Notes: generated by a model not told the origin, from the letters alone. Shown: positions 40,123 to 52,394, numbered from the stretch's first letter. The stretch is DNA of 64,000 nucleotides from Dehalococcoidia bacterium (GCA_034435835.1 DAOTWF010000027.1:15725-79724); one strand, 5' to 3'. Numbers and translations: made by a program.

Positions 40123-40926
40123 CTAGATCAGTTTTGCTTCTCTAAGACGCAAGGCGAGCTTGGCACCGGCCTCAGCCGGGCTATCTGCTTCTATGAATTC
40201 GCATTTGCCTTCTTTGACTGGCTGGAACAGCTTCACCAGCTTAGTTCGCCGCCCCGCAGCGCCAACCTCCGATGGGCTAACGCCGATGTCAGCTGGCTTC
40301 CAGACAATTGGCTGTTTTTTAGCGGCTGCCATTATCCCTTTCAGGGTGGCGTAGCGGGCTTCACCAAGTTCGTTGCTAACGGTTATTACTGCTGGCAGCG
40401 TGACCTCAATCACCTGATAACCGTCAGGTATGACACGTTCTATCTTTGCCTTGCCGTCCATAAACTCGACGCTTTTGGCTATGGTGACACAGGGGATGCC
40501 GAGTATCTCAGCTATGCCGCAACCAACTTGGCCGGCGTCCCAGTCGGCTGCCTGACGCCCACAGAAGATCAGGTCGTACTGGCCTATCTTTTTGATTGCC
40601 ATTGCTAGGGCATATGCGGTTGACCAGCTATCGCCATCCTCGAATGCTGGGTCCTCAAGTAGGATTAACTCGTCAGCGCCCATGGAAAGCGGCTTTTTCA
40701 CCACGTCCCGGAGCAGGTTATTGCCAAGGCTTATTACCGTGATTTTACCGCCATGCTTGTCTTTTATGCGCAGTGCAGCTTCGACGGCCTGCTCATCGAA
40801 GGGACTGATGACAGGGGGTACGCCGGGGGGCGGAACGACCTTGTTGGTTGCCGGGTCGATTTTGAAGCTTGCCGGTGGGGCTTCAGGATCAATGACCTGC
40901 TTGCAGCAGACCACCATATTTGGCAT
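40123..40926 (-). CDS. etfB: Electron transfer flavoprotein subunit beta
   Basis: VCCKQVID, ISPFDEQAVEAAL, GRQAADWDAGQVG, RYATLKGIMAAKK. Confidence 0.96.
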   Translation of the reverse strand: MPNMVVCCKQVIDPEAPPASFKIDPATNKVVPPPGVPPVISPFDEQAVEAALRIKDKHGGKITVISLGNNLLRDVVKKPLSMGADELILLEDPAFEDGDSWSTAYALAMAIKKIGQYDLIFCGRQAADWDAGQVGCGIAEILGIPCVTIAKSVEFMDGKAKIERVIPDGYQVIEVTLPAVITVSNELGEARYATLKGIMAAAKKQPIVWKPADIGVSPSEVGAAGRRTKLVKLFQPVKEGKCEFIEADSPAEAGAKLALRLREAKLI

Positions 40927-40969
40927 TTTTCACCTCCTTAAAGATTTCCTACTTGTCAGCCGAGGATTT

Positions 40970-40998
40970 ACTTTAGGACAAATCGTACTTTTTGTCAA
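40970..40998 (-). promoter_or_regulatory. etfBA promoter with an internal GACAAA-N8-TTTGTC palindrome
   Basis: TTGACA-N17-TAAAGT on the minus strand; palindrome at 40977-40996. Confidence 0.6.
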
Positions 40999-41000
40999 AT

Positions 41001-41867
41001 CTAACTCAATAAGAACTTGATTCGGGCTACTCTTCTAATCCCGTTCATGTCTGAGAGGAAGTCCAGCACTGCGTTCTTAAAGCTGGTGTATACCAGAGAA
41101 GCCAGGCTGTCTGCATGTTGCCTTCCTATTTCTAAAAGCAGACAACCTGTCGGTTTAGTCTTTTGTTTCACCTGTGAGAGTAGCTGCGTGATGACTTCCA
41201 GCCCGTCTGCACCGCCATAGAGGGCTATCCCAGGTTCAAAATCTCTTATCTCCGATGGAAGATCTGGTAGTTCTGTTTTGCTGACATAGGGAAGGTTTGC
41301 CACTATGAGGTCGACTGGTTGAGGCAATGGTTCCAGCAAGCTCCCCTCAAGGAAAGTGATGCGGTGCAGGACTCCGTGGCGTCTGGCGTTTATCCGGGCG
41401 ACCTCCAAGGCATCTGGGGAAATGTCTGTAGCATATATTTTGCATACTGCTAGGTTGTTAGCCAGGCTGACGGCGATGGCGCCGCATCCAGTGCCGATAT
41501 CGGCGATGAGTGGTATATGCGCGGCGGATAGCTCGTCAGTAACGTAAGCTATGGCAGCTTCTACCAGAAGCTCTGTTTCTGGACGGGGGATGAGCACACG
41601 CCTGTCAACATAAAAATCCAGACTATAGAACTCTTTGCTGTTTGTGATATAGGCTAGAGGTTCTTGAGACAGGCGTCGCTTCAGCAATTCATCCAATTGG
41701 CCAGCCTCATCTTCGGTTAAAATCCTTTCTGGCTGTGCGTAGATTTCAGCGACTGAGAGACCTATCACTGATTGTAGAATCACCCTTGCTTCGATGTGGC
41801 TGTCTTCGATACCGTGGGCTTTCAGGATCCGGCTAGTATGGCAGAGTGTCTCTCTTAGCGAAGTCAT
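41001..41867 (-). CDS. prmC: Release factor glutamine methyltransferase
   Basis: [33 protein letters not shown]; follows prfA. Confidence 0.96.
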   Translation of the reverse strand: MTSLRETLCHTSRILKAHGIEDSHIEARVILQSVIGLSVAEIYAQPERILTEDEAGQLDELLKRRLSQEPLAYITNSKEFYSLDFYVDRRVLIPRPETELLVEAAIAYVTDELSAAHIPLIADIGTGCGAIAVSLANNLAVCKIYATDISPDALEVARINARRHGVLHRITFLEGSLLEPLPQPVDLIVANLPYVSKTELPDLPSEIRDFEPGIALYGGADGLEVITQLLSQVKQKTKPTGCLLLEIGRQHADSLASLVYTSFKNAVLDFLSDMNGIRRVARIKFLLS

Positions 41868-42934
41868 AGTTCAATCTTAGCAAGCTGTCTAGCCTGTTCT
41901 TCGGCAGCCAGAGCTTCTATCAGTTCGTCTAGTTCACCATCTAGTATTTGTGGCAGGTTGTGAAGTGCCAGGTTTATGCGGTGGTCTGTAACCCGATCTT
42001 GGGGGAAATTGTAAGTACGGATTTTTTCAGCACGTTCACCGCTGCCTATCTGTGAGCGGCGCTCAGCGGTGATCTCCTCCAGCTTTTTGCGCTGCTCTCT
42101 ATCAAAGAGGCGAGCACGAAGCACTGCCATGGCTTTCATTCGGTTTCTAAGCTGGGAGCGCTCATCTTGGCAGGTCGCCACTATCCCGGTGGGCAAGTGG
42201 GTAATACGCACTGCGGTGGTTACTTTGTTCACATTCTGTCCCCCGGCGCCCCCGCTGCGAAAGAACTCTATTTTTAAATCGTCTGGATTGACGGATATTT
42301 CCACCTCTTCAGCTTCGGGGAGTACAGCAACGGTGGCTGTCGAGGTATGAATGCGGCCGGATGCTTCAGTAATAGGAACCCTTTGCACACGGTGTACACC
42401 CCTTTCGTACTTCAGGTACCTGAAAGCCCCTTTGCCCCTAACTTCAAAGACGATCTCCTTAAAACCTCCGAGGTCTGTCTGGTTACAATCGATGACTTCT
42501 ATCTGCCATCCCTTTTTTAGGGCATAGCGGCTATACATGCGGAAAAGATCAGCAGCGAACAGGGATGCCTCTTCTCCACCAGCCCCGGCCCGTATCTCCA
42601 TGATTACGTCTTTGTCCTGATTGGGGTCTTTGGGAAGCAGGGTAAGTTTCAAGTCCTGGAGTACGGTCTCCCTCTGTTTCTTGAGGTTGCTTATTTCCTC
42701 CTTTACCAGAGCTGTCATCTCCGGGTCCAGCCCATCGTCAAGCATGGCTTGGGTCTCTTCCAAGTTCCTGGTTATAGCCTTGTACTGGCGGTACCTTTCG
42801 ACTATGTCCTCGAGGCTGGCACGTTCCTGTGCCACAGATTGAAGGCGTGCAGGGTTGCCCGATACCTCAGGCTGAGCTATCAGGTTATTTAATTCCTCGT
42901 ATCTTCTTTCAATGGCTTTAAGTTTTTCAAACAT
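41864..42934 (-). CDS. prfA: Peptide chain release factor 1
   Basis: [12 protein letters not shown] (PxT), GAGGQNVN; start placed at ATG 42934. Confidence 0.97.
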   Translation of the reverse strand: MFEKLKAIERRYEELNNLIAQPEVSGNPARLQSVAQERASLEDIVERYRQYKAITRNLEETQAMLDDGLDPEMTALVKEEISNLKKQRETVLQDLKLTLLPKDPNQDKDVIMEIRAGAGGEEASLFAADLFRMYSRYALKKGWQIEVIDCNQTDLGGFKEIVFEVRGKGAFRYLKYERGVHRVQRVPITEASGRIHTSTATVAVLPEAEEVEISVNPDDLKIEFFRSGGAGGQNVNKVTTAVRITHLPTGIVATCQDERSQLRNRMKAMAVLRARLFDREQRKKLEEITAERRSQIGSGERAEKIRTYNFPQDRVTDHRINLALHNLPQILDGELDELIEALAAEEQARQLAKIEL

Positions 42935-43002
42935 AGTGTTCAACCAAGAATTATAGCACAGCTTCGGAAGGTTTGCTCCGTGGCGTGCAGATTCACCATC
43001 TA

Positions 43003-43031
43003 TTGACAGAAACCGCATGTTGGTGCATAAT
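43003..43031 (+). promoter_or_regulatory. rpsP promoter
   Basis: TTGACA-N17-CATAAT. Confidence 0.65.
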
Positions 43032-43064
43032 ACGGTGCAAAAAAGAAGGCGTTATTCGATAGCT

Positions 43065-43325
43065 ATGGTGAAGATAAGATTGCGTCGCATGGGGTCAAGA
43101 AATAGACCTCTGTACAGGATGGTGGTCGCTGATTCAAGATCACCGCGAGACGGTGCTTTTATTGAGGTCATCGGACACTACAATCCACTCACTGACCCGG
43201 AGACAGTTGTCATCGACGAAGAAAAGGCTTTGAAATGGTTAAGTCGTGGAGCTAAGCCGACAGATACTGTTTCAAGATTGCTGGCTAAGTGTGGGGTTAT
43301 GGAAAAGCTCGGTTCCAGGGAATAA
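43065..43325 (+). CDS. rpsP: 30S ribosomal protein S16
   Basis: [10 protein letters not shown]...[22 protein letters not shown]. Confidence 0.97.
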   Translation: MVKIRLRRMGSRNRPLYRMVVADSRSPRDGAFIEVIGHYNPLTDPETVVIDEEKALKWLSRGAKPTDTVSRLLAKCGVMEKLGSRE

Positions 43326-43390
43326 CCACAGCGTTGACGGAAGAGAAAACTCCGCAGTGTGGATAAATCGATGGTTGAGGAGATAGTGCG

Positions 43391-43621
43391 ATGAAGGACA
43401 TGATCGAGTATATTGCAAAATCCATAGTTACCTTGCCTGAGGAGGTTCGTGTTACCGAAGAAGCCGATGATAAAAACCGGGTTATTGTAAAGCTGGAGGT
43501 GGCGGCGGCTGATAAGGGCAGGATTATTGGTCGTCAGGGAAGGGTGGCTGAAGCGATGCGAACACTTTTACGGGTGGTCGGTACCAGGGAAGGTGTACGA
43601 ACCCGTCTGGAGATATTGTAG
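43391..43621 (+). CDS. KH-domain RNA-binding protein (KhpA/YlqC-like)
   Basis: DKGRIIGRQGR GxxG loop; position after rpsP. Confidence 0.92.
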   Translation: MKDMIEYIAKSIVTLPEEVRVTEEADDKNRVIVKLEVAAADKGRIIGRQGRVAEAMRTLLRVVGTREGVRTRLEIL

Positions 43622-43680
43622 ACAATCAATTTGCTCTTCGGTCTAACTGGGTGAAAGAGGGGGCTAGTTAAAACTTACAG

Positions 43681-44114
43681 TTAGGGTTGTGTGGGGGTTG
43701 ACGGCGGTCTACGTCGTCTTTTTTCCGCAACTTTTAGTCGAATCAATGAGCGTCGCAGGGCAGCTTCTACTTGTGAAATATCGGTCCCGGGTGGATGTGT
43801 TTTCAGTAGCTGTTCAGCCCTCTCCTTGGCTGTTTGAGCCCGTTCAATGTTGATCTCCTCAGCCCGTTCGCAGGCGTCTGCTAGAATTATGACCTTGTCC
43901 GGCCGCACTTCGAGGAAGCCACCAGAGATAGCCATGTATATTTCCTCGTTATCTTTCCTGATGAGCAATTCTCCGGGCTTGAGGATGGTCATCAATGGTG
44001 CATGATGGGGCAGTATGCCAAGCTCGCCCTCGATCCCTGGTGCGACAACCAGACTGACTTCGTCTGCGAATACCTGGCGCTCAGCGGTTATGATTTCCAA
44101 ACGCATAGTCGGCA

Positions 44115-44115
<1 letters not shown>
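43681..44115 (-). CDS. atpC: ATP synthase epsilon
   Basis: [35 protein letters not shown] pattern. Confidence 0.96.
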
Positions 44116-45521
<1,406 letters not shown>

Positions 45522-46382
45522 TTAAGAGTGCAAGGCTTCAGCACCTCCGGTGAGGTCAAGAAGCTCCTTGGTGATCATTTCCTGTCTTGCTTTATTCAGG
45601 ATCAGAGTTAGTTCTTGGATAACTTGGTTGGCATTGTCAGTAGCATTGCGCATAGCCACCATACGTGCCGACTGTTCGCTCGCGATTGCTTCAAGTATGG
45701 CATGGTATACAGACATTTCCACAAACCGGGGTAGAAGTTCGTTCAGTACAAAGCTGGGATCAGGCTCATATATGTATTCCGCAGTCTGTGTTTTGGGCAG
45801 AATTGCTGGCTCGACAGGAAGTAAAGGTTCTATTCTTGGTTGTTGTGCCATTGTGGTGATGAAACGGGAGTAGGCTATATAAACTTGGTCAATATAACCG
45901 CTAGTATAGTCATCGATTATGATGTGTGATATCGGGAGTGTGTCCAGCAATGAGGGGCGATCGCCGATGTTGGTAAACTCAGCCCTGATATCGAGATGGT
46001 GGCGGTGCATGAAGTCCCGCCCTTTGCGCCCCACGGTGATGAGCGTTACCGGCACTTTTTGTTCCAGAATGAAGTTGGTCGTCAGACGGTTCATGTTTGT
46101 GTTCAACCCACCACAAAGGCCCCGGTCGGTGGTGATATGCACTATGGCAACTCTTTTGACTGGCCTTTTTTCGAGCAGGGGGTGGAAAGCCCCGTCTTTT
46201 GAGGCAGTAGCCGCCAGGTCAGCGATTACTTGGATTATCTTTTCGCTGTATGGGCGTCCTGCCAGTGCCTGTTCCTGAGCGCGCCGCATTCGTGCAGTAG
46301 CGATCATTTCCATAGCCTTGGTGATTTTGGCTACATTCTGCACGCTGCGAATGCGACGGCGCAAAAGTCGTGGGCTGATCAT
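45522..46382 (-). CDS. atpG: ATP synthase gamma
   Basis: KITKAMEMIA, TDRGLCG, SEQSARMVAM.NA.DNA, ARQ..IT.EL. Confidence 0.98.
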   Translation of the reverse strand: MISPRLLRRRIRSVQNVAKITKAMEMIATARMRRAQEQALAGRPYSEKIIQVIADLAATASKDGAFHPLLEKRPVKRVAIVHITTDRGLCGGLNTNMNRLTTNFILEQKVPVTLITVGRKGRDFMHRHHLDIRAEFTNIGDRPSLLDTLPISHIIIDDYTSGYIDQVYIAYSRFITTMAQQPRIEPLLPVEPAILPKTQTAEYIYEPDPSFVLNELLPRFVEMSVYHAILEAIASEQSARMVAMRNATDNANQVIQELTLILNKARQEMITKELLDLTGGAEALHS

Positions 46383-46384
46383 GT

Positions 46385-47896
46385 CTATAAGCTCATAGTC
46401 TTTTTGAATTCCTGGATCGCTTTCTTCAAGACTTCTTCGGTCTCAGGCTTTATCTCCTTGTCTGTAGCTATGCGTTTGCCAATTTCGGGATGATTGGTCT
46501 CTATGAACTGGTGAAAGTTCTGCTCAAAAGCAGCTACTTTGTCGACAGGTACGTCGTCAAGGTAACCATTGACAACAGCGTAAAGTATGGTCACCTCTTT
46601 CTCCAAAGGCATTGGTGCATATTGTGGCTGTTTTAGTACCTCAGTGATGCGCTGTCCACGTTCCAGTTGAGCCCTAGTAGCCTTATCCAGATCGGCGGTA
46701 CCGAATTGAGCGAAGGTGGCAAGTTCCCTGTATTGAGCCATTTCCAGTCTGAGTCTGCCAGCCACCTGTCTCATAGCTCTTGTCTGGGCGTTGCCGCCCA
46801 CCCTGGATACTGAGAGGCCTGCGTTTAGTGCTGGACGGATACCAGCGTTGAAAAGGTCCGTCTCAAGATATATTTGTCCATCGGTGATGGAGATAACATT
46901 GGTTGGGATGTATGCAGCGAGGTCACCTGCCTGGATTTCGATTATGGGGAGGGCAGTAAGCGACCCTCCACCGTATTCCGGTGCCAGTTTTGCAGCCCGT
47001 TCCAACAGGCGGCTGTGGAGGTAGAAGACGTCGCCAGGGTAAGCCTCTCTACCAGGTGGGCGCCTCAGTATTAGAGAAATCTGGCGGTAAGCCCAAGCAT
47101 GTCTGGTCAGGTCATCGTAGACAATGAGCGCATCTCTACCCTGCTCCATGAATTCTTCGCCTATGGCGCAGCCAGAGTATGGTGCCAAGTATTGCAGTGG
47201 TGCTGGGTCAGAAGCAGTGGCTACCACGACCACCGTATGTTCCATGGCACCGTAGCGTTTCAAAATGTCTATCACCTGGGCTACCTTGGAGGTCTTTTGC
47301 CCGATTGCCACATAGATACAGATGAGGTCACCGCCTTTCTGTGCGATGATGGTGTCTATAGCTATGGCTGACTTGCCAACGGAGCGATCGCCTATAATCA
47401 GTTCGCGTTGTCCCCTGCCGATGGGTATGAGGGCATCGACTATCTTTATACCGGTGTGGACAGGTGTATTAACCGGCTGTCGCATGACCACATTTGGCGC
47501 CACTCTCTCTACAGGGCGAGTTTTTGTGGCTTTTATGGGACCAAGGTCATCCAAAGGATTGCCCAAGGGGTCTATGACTCTCCCTATCAACTCATTGCCC
47601 ACTGGCACCTCTACTACTCTGCCAGTGCTCCTCACCTCATCACCCTCTTTAATCTGGCTGTGGTCGCCAAGGACCACGGCGGCAACACAGTCTTCTTCGA
47701 GGTTGAGTGCTAGCCCCATGATGCCGTTCGGAAATTCGACAAGCTCATTGTACTTGGCACCTTGCAACCCCTGTATACGTGCCACCCCGTCGCCGACTTC
47801 GATAACGGTGCCCACATCCACCATGCTCACTGTGGCACCGAACTGTCTGATCTGCTCCTTAATTATGGATACTATGTCTCGTTCTCTAGTTGTCAT
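46385..47896 (-). CDS. atpA: ATP synthase alpha
   Basis: [51 protein letters not shown]. Confidence 0.99.
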   Translation of the reverse strand: MTTRERDIVSIIKEQIRQFGATVSMVDVGTVIEVGDGVARIQGLQGAKYNELVEFPNGIMGLALNLEEDCVAAVVLGDHSQIKEGDEVRSTGRVVEVPVGNELIGRVIDPLGNPLDDLGPIKATKTRPVERVAPNVVMRQPVNTPVHTGIKIVDALIPIGRGQRELIIGDRSVGKSAIAIDTIIAQKGGDLICIYVAIGQKTSKVAQVIDILKRYGAMEHTVVVVATASDPAPLQYLAPYSGCAIGEEFMEQGRDALIVYDDLTRHAWAYRQISLILRRPPGREAYPGDVFYLHSRLLERAAKLAPEYGGGSLTALPIIEIQAGDLAAYIPTNVISITDGQIYLETDLFNAGIRPALNAGLSVSRVGGNAQTRAMRQVAGRLRLEMAQYRELATFAQFGTADLDKATRAQLERGQRITEVLKQPQYAPMPLEKEVTILYAVVNGYLDDVPVDKVAAFEQNFHQFIETNHPEIGKRIATDKEIKPETEEVLKKAIQEFKKTMSL

Positions 47897-47915
47897 ATTG
47901 TCCTCCTGAATGGCA

Positions 47916-48455
47916 TCATCTTCTAACCCCGGATAGAGTCTTCTTGAGAGCCTGCAACCTACTTCGGATGCTGCCGTCGATTAAGCTGCTGTCGATCCGG
48001 GCAATGAAGCCACCTATGATGTCAGGGTCTACTTCCAGATTCAATACGACTTTTCCGCCGGTGGCTGATTCCAGATATTTTTTGATGTTCTCTCTTTCTG
48101 CATCGCTCAGCGGGATAGCTGTGATGACGTCAGCGTGTTTTATGCCACGTTGCTCGTCGAGTAGGCGTCCGTAGGATTGAACCACCTGTTCAAGCTCTCT
48201 GAATTTCCCTTTTGCGATGAGGAAGCAAGCGAGGTTTAAAGGTAGCTGGCTTATTCCTGTCAGTCTTTCCCGCAGTAGCTTCAGCTTGAAGTCCAGAGGT
48301 ATTTTTGTGTTCTCAGCAAATTTGGTTATCTCTGGTTCTGCAGCCAGTTTTGCCATTTCTGTTAACTCGGAATGCCATTCTTCAAGCTTACCGTTTTCCT
48401 TGGCAAGCTCGAACATGGCTTCGGCGCAGCGTCTGGCAAAAGTTGTTGCTGGCAT
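47916..48455 (-). CDS. atpH: ATP synthase delta
   Basis: [30 protein letters not shown]. Confidence 0.93.
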   Translation of the reverse strand: MPATTFARRCAEAMFELAKENGKLEEWHSELTEMAKLAAEPEITKFAENTKIPLDFKLKLLRERLTGISQLPLNLACFLIAKGKFRELEQVVQSYGRLLDEQRGIKHADVITAIPLSDAERENIKKYLESATGGKVVLNLEVDPDIIGGFIARIDSSLIDGSIRSRLQALKKTLSGVRR

Positions 48456-48469
48456 AAACTAGTCCTGTA

Positions 48470-48967
48470 TTACTCTTTAAGCAAAGGGCTTTCTTTTAGT
48501 GTTTCTTCGATAAGTCTGCGGTGCTTCTCCTTGTCGAGAGTCTCCCTGATCACCTTTTCTGCAGCCATCACGGCGATGTCGGCGAATTCGTGGCGTAGCT
48601 CCTCGATTACTTTATCACGCTCCTGCTGTATTTCCGCGCGCGCTTTGGCGATGATGGCTTCGGATTCTCTGCGAGCACTCTCTTTGGCCTCCTCTCTAAG
48701 TCTTTCTCCCATCTGGGCTGCCTGAGCTATGATTGCCTGCCCTTCTTGGCGGGCCCTTTCTATCTGTGCCTTTATTTCCTCTTCACTGCGTGCTGCTTGC
48801 TGCTTGATCTGTTCTGCCTGTTCCATGGCTTCTCTGATCCGCGCTTGTCTCTCGTCAAGCATCCTGAGCACCGGTTTGTACAGGACGATGCTAAGGAGCA
48901 AGAAGAGGATAATAAAGTTGACCAGAAAAGCCAGCAGGAGCGGTAGATTTATCCCAATACCTTCCAT
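48470..48967 (-). CDS. atpF: ATP synthase subunit b
   Basis: N-terminal TM ending YKPV...LDERQ, then an Ala/Glu-rich coiled coil. Confidence 0.96.
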   Translation of the reverse strand: MEGIGINLPLLLAFLVNFIILFLLLSIVLYKPVLRMLDERQARIREAMEQAEQIKQQAARSEEEIKAQIERARQEGQAIIAQAAQMGERLREEAKESARRESEAIIAKARAEIQQERDKVIEELRHEFADIAVMAAEKVIRETLDKEKHRRLIEETLKESPLLKE

Positions 48968-48998
48968 ATCACTCCATTTACTATCTCAACTTCGGTTC

Positions 48999-49124
48999 TC
49001 AGTCTGCCGGAATGAACGAACCAATGATAAAAGCGGTGATAAGAAGCCCGGCGAAGACTATGGCGCCTACTATTATGGCTCCAACTATGACACTCAAGGA
49101 AGTCGGCAGATTCCCATTTTCCAT
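48999..49124 (-). CDS. Unannotated 41-aa single-TM protein inside the atp operon
   Basis: SD AGGAGG 6 nt before the ATG; MENGNLPTSLSVIVGAIIVGAIVFAGLLITAFIIGSFIPAD*. Confidence 0.7.
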   Translation of the reverse strand: MENGNLPTSLSVIVGAIIVGAIVFAGLLITAFIIGSFIPAD

Positions 49125-49154
49125 ATTTTTCCTCCTGACTGCCTTAGCGCTTGG

Positions 49155-49385
<231 letters not shown>

Positions 49386-49399
49386 CTACGAACCTCCTT

Positions 49400-50359
49400 C
49401 TAAGAATGTTCCCCTTCGGTGTGGGGTGTTAAAGCTATAATACCAAATACCAGAGTTAGCCCGGCAAAGATCAGCGCCTGAATAAAACCGATAAGTAGTT
49501 CCAGCCCATAGAATGGTATGGTGGCGATGAATGGGACGAGGAAGCAGACGACGAGCAGCAGTATCTCACCTGCTGTCATGTTACCAAAGAGACGGAAGGT
49601 AAAGCTGATGATGCGGATAAAGTGACTGAAGACTTCAAGGAAACCGACGAACAGGTTTATGAAACCGAAGGCGATGCCAGTGATAGCTGGCCTTATTTTT
49701 CCTCTGAAAAGATTGGCAATGCCTTCGCGGAGTTGACCCAGGTTAAAGAAACTGTTCAAGTAACGCAAGGCTCCCAATGATCTCAATCCCCAGTACTCCA
49801 CGAAGATGAACGACATGATAGCGATGGACAAAGGCACGTTTATGTCAGTATTAGCCGAGCGGAAGAGCGGCACGAAGGTGTCGGCGGCTTCTTTGATGCC
49901 GATGGCGCCGAAGAATGGTAGCAGAGCCATATAGGCGTTGGTGATGACATAGAGAAAGATGGTGGCGACAATCGGGAAAAGGGTGCGGGCGTTCTTCTCA
50001 CCGGCTGCGCCCTGGATAAAATTAAGCAGACTTTCCACAATCAGCTCAGCAAAGTTCTGGAGCCTGTCTGGAACGAGTTTCATCTTGCGGGTACAGAAGG
50101 CAAAGAGCACGACTAGCACTATTATAGTAAGCCATGATGCCAGCAGAGTATTGGTGATGACGAATATGTGGTTTATATGGATGACACCTTCTGCCCGAAG
50201 TTCCACGTGGGGCTTAGGGACGCTAATAAAGCTAGGTACTTGGATGCCCAGCAGTTTAGAGCCTATGGGACCGACAACGAATCCTACAACCAATAAAGCT
50301 AGCAGGACGATGGCTATCCAAGCCAGTATCCTGACTGAGCATCCCGGTCCCATGTTCAT
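49400..50359 (-). CDS. atpB: ATP synthase subunit a
   Basis: TFRLFGNMTAGE, FIQALIFAGL. Confidence 0.96.
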   Translation of the reverse strand: MNMGPGCSVRILAWIAIVLLALLVVGFVVGPIGSKLLGIQVPSFISVPKPHVELRAEGVIHINHIFVITNTLLASWLTIIVLVVLFAFCTRKMKLVPDRLQNFAELIVESLLNFIQGAAGEKNARTLFPIVATIFLYVITNAYMALLPFFGAIGIKEAADTFVPLFRSANTDINVPLSIAIMSFIFVEYWGLRSLGALRYLNSFFNLGQLREGIANLFRGKIRPAITGIAFGFINLFVGFLEVFSHFIRIISFTFRLFGNMTAGEILLLVVCFLVPFIATIPFYGLELLIGFIQALIFAGLTLVFGIIALTPHTEGEHS

Positions 50360-50682
50360 TTCGCTGCGTCTTTATTTCTGCTTTTCTCGAGTTTTTGTTG
50401 TTCCAGATAGAACTGTCTCAACATACGGTAGAGGCCATAGAACGCCACTACTGTGCCTATGCCAAACCCTATCAGCGTAAACAGTGGCTTTTTGTTGAGG
50501 TTTTCCGGTCGGTCGAGCCAGAGGCCGATGCCGGACGGTATCGCCAAGCTGAGGGCTACATACCAGCCCACGCTGAAAAGGAACCAAAGCGGACGTACCC
50601 ATTCCTTCTTCTGTTGAACTTTCTGTCCGCCTCCTCTAGTTACACCCAAGTTCTCTCCCTCAATTAGCAGTGCTACTGCCAT
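50356..50682 (-). CDS. AtpZ/AtpI-family (ATPase gene 1) protein
   Basis: Two TMs with GIGLWLD and G...G...AFYGLYR; first gene of the atp operon; start uncertain. Confidence 0.8.
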   Translation of the reverse strand: MAVALLIEGENLGVTRGGGQKVQQKKEWVRPLWFLFSVGWYVALSLAIPSGIGLWLDRPENLNKKPLFTLIGFGIGTVVAFYGLYRMLRQFYLEQQKLEKSRNKDAAK

Positions 50683-50873
50683 ATACCGATCACCTGTGTT
50701 TCTAAGCGGCTTTTCATGTAACCCGCAGCTAGCTATGTCAAAAACTTTGCTTTTTACCTCCATCCGATTTCAGTTTATCGGATAGCCGTATTTTTTCATC
50801 GGACTTAAGCCTGATTTTTGTCTGCGCCGAAGGGGCTGGTTAACCCATGTGGCTGTGGCTTCATGGGTGAGGT

Positions 50874-51668
50874 TCAGGACTTGCGTTTACCTAGGTCATC
50901 TAGGTCAAGGGTATTGATAAAGTCGTAGAACGCTGATAGCTTCTTCAGTTCCAGTTCGTCGAGTTTTTCCCTGTTCTCGAATTTGTCTCTATCGCTCTCA
51001 GCAGCTTTTTCAGCAGGTATCGGTTTTCCAGTCTCGCGATCTAGGAAAATGCCAGCTTTGTCCAGCACTGATTCCTCCACATATATTGGAACCGTGGCTC
51101 TAACTGCCAGAGCAATGGCATCGCTGGGGCGGGAGTCAAGTTTAATCTTGCTGAGTAGCCATTCTTTACCCTCCTTGCGGGACCAGACTTCAAAGACGAG
51201 ACCGTGCTCAGTAGCTATTTCCAGAAAATGGTGGTTTTTCTCCTGCCAGCGGTTGATTATTTTACCTTTATATTCCTTGCTCTGCCAGACAATGTATGCT
51301 GTGGTTTCCTCTCCATAACCGCGGTACTGAGAGCGCTCGTGAGGGAACCTGACATCCACAGGGCTGGGACTCTCTGTGGGCTCAAATATGATCTGTGCGT
51401 AAAAGGTGTCGGATCGGAGGTCATTAACCACAATTCTGCTAACAATGGTCCCGGAAGCAGCTTCTAGGGCGAGTATGGCATTCCTGAGCAGGTCGTGGGT
51501 CATGGGTCGTGCCAGGTCAACGTTTTGTAGCTTTATTGATATAGCATCTGCCTCTGCTGGTCCGATCCAGATGGGCAGGTAACGGTCTGACCTTTTCTCC
51601 TTCAATATTACCACGTGCTGGTAGTTCATCAAACTAACTCTGATGCTGTCGATGGTCATCTCGATCAT
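50874..51668 (-). CDS. Bifunctional nuclease (DUF151/BFN) family protein with an internal ~79-aa insertion
   Basis: LPIWIGPAEA, RPMTHDL, TFYA, DSRPSDAIALAVR; extra segment between FYAQIIFE and LDSRPSD; SD GGAGG. Confidence 0.88.
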   Translation of the reverse strand: MIEMTIDSIRVSLMNYQHVVILKEKRSDRYLPIWIGPAEADAISIKLQNVDLARPMTHDLLRNAILALEAASGTIVSRIVVNDLRSDTFYAQIIFEPTESPSPVDVRFPHERSQYRGYGEETTAYIVWQSKEYKGKIINRWQEKNHHFLEIATEHGLVFEVWSRKEGKEWLLSKIKLDSRPSDAIALAVRATVPIYVEESVLDKAGIFLDRETGKPIPAEKAAESDRDKFENREKLDELELKKLSAFYDFINTLDLDDLGKRKS

Positions 51669-51699
51669 GGGCTTTCCTCCCTTGTCCGCTACGGAAACC

Positions 51700-51728
51700 A
51701 TTCTACTCCATCGTTTTTTGGGTGTCAA
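51700..51728 (-). promoter_or_regulatory. Promoter for the BFN gene
   Basis: TTGACA-N17-TAGAAT. Confidence 0.7.
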
Positions 51729-51876
51729 TCGAAGGGTGAGAACTGTGAGCAAATTGCCTGTTGATGGGAGATAGCGCAGCATTCTCACTACCACTCCTAA
51801 GATTGGAAACATTTGTTACCTGGGGGCAGTATTGCGTAAAATTAGCCTTGTACTGTTTTATTTCAAGGCAGATATC

Positions 51877-52329
51877 ATGAAGGCTCTAGTGCAACGGGTG
51901 ACAAAAGCTTCGGTGACTGTTGATGGCGAGGTAGTAGGGGCAATAGGGCAGGGGCTGGTGATATTTGCGGGTGTGGCTAAAGGGGACAGCGAGAAAGACG
52001 CTTTGTATCTTGCCGAGAAGGTAGTTAACTTGCGCATCTTCTCTGACGAGGCGGGAAAATTCAACCTTTCGGCGCTTGATGTAAGTGGCGAACTTTTAGC
52101 CATCAGCCAGTTCACACTGCTTGCGGACACCCGCAAAGGGCGAAGGCCCAGTTTTGAAGACGCGGCACCCCCGGACGAAGCCGAACCATTGTTTGATTTT
52201 TTTGTTGACTGCCTGCGCAAAAGTGGACTGAGGGTCGAAACTGGCCGCTTCCAGCAACACATGCTTGTAGAGATATACAACGACGGACCGGTGACAATAG
52301 CGCTTGATAGCAGGGAAAAGTTTTCTTGA
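51877..52329 (+). CDS. dtd: D-aminoacyl-tRNA deacylase
   Basis: [25 protein letters not shown]. Confidence 0.97.
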   Translation: MKALVQRVTKASVTVDGEVVGAIGQGLVIFAGVAKGDSEKDALYLAEKVVNLRIFSDEAGKFNLSALDVSGELLAISQFTLLADTRKGRRPSFEDAAPPDEAEPLFDFFVDCLRKSGLRVETGRFQQHMLVEIYNDGPVTIALDSREKFS

Positions 52330-52345
52330 TTTCAATGGCTTGCTG

Positions 52346-52361
52346 TAGCAAATAGTTGCAA
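52346..52361. promoter_or_regulatory. Putative Fur-family operator 1, overlapping the -35 of fur
   Basis: TAGCAA-ATAG-TTGCAA; the TTGCAA also serves as -35 of TTGCAA-N18-TACAAT. Confidence 0.5.
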
Positions 52362-52394
52362 AAAGTTCGGCATAACTGCTACAATTTTCTTGGT

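Noticed and set aside
39095-40926. Calling this ETF electron-bifurcating
   Set aside because: EtfA has RPVYGG but EtfB has DWDAGQVG instead of the usual DGDT(A/G)QVG. The evidence is mixed and needs a phylogeny.
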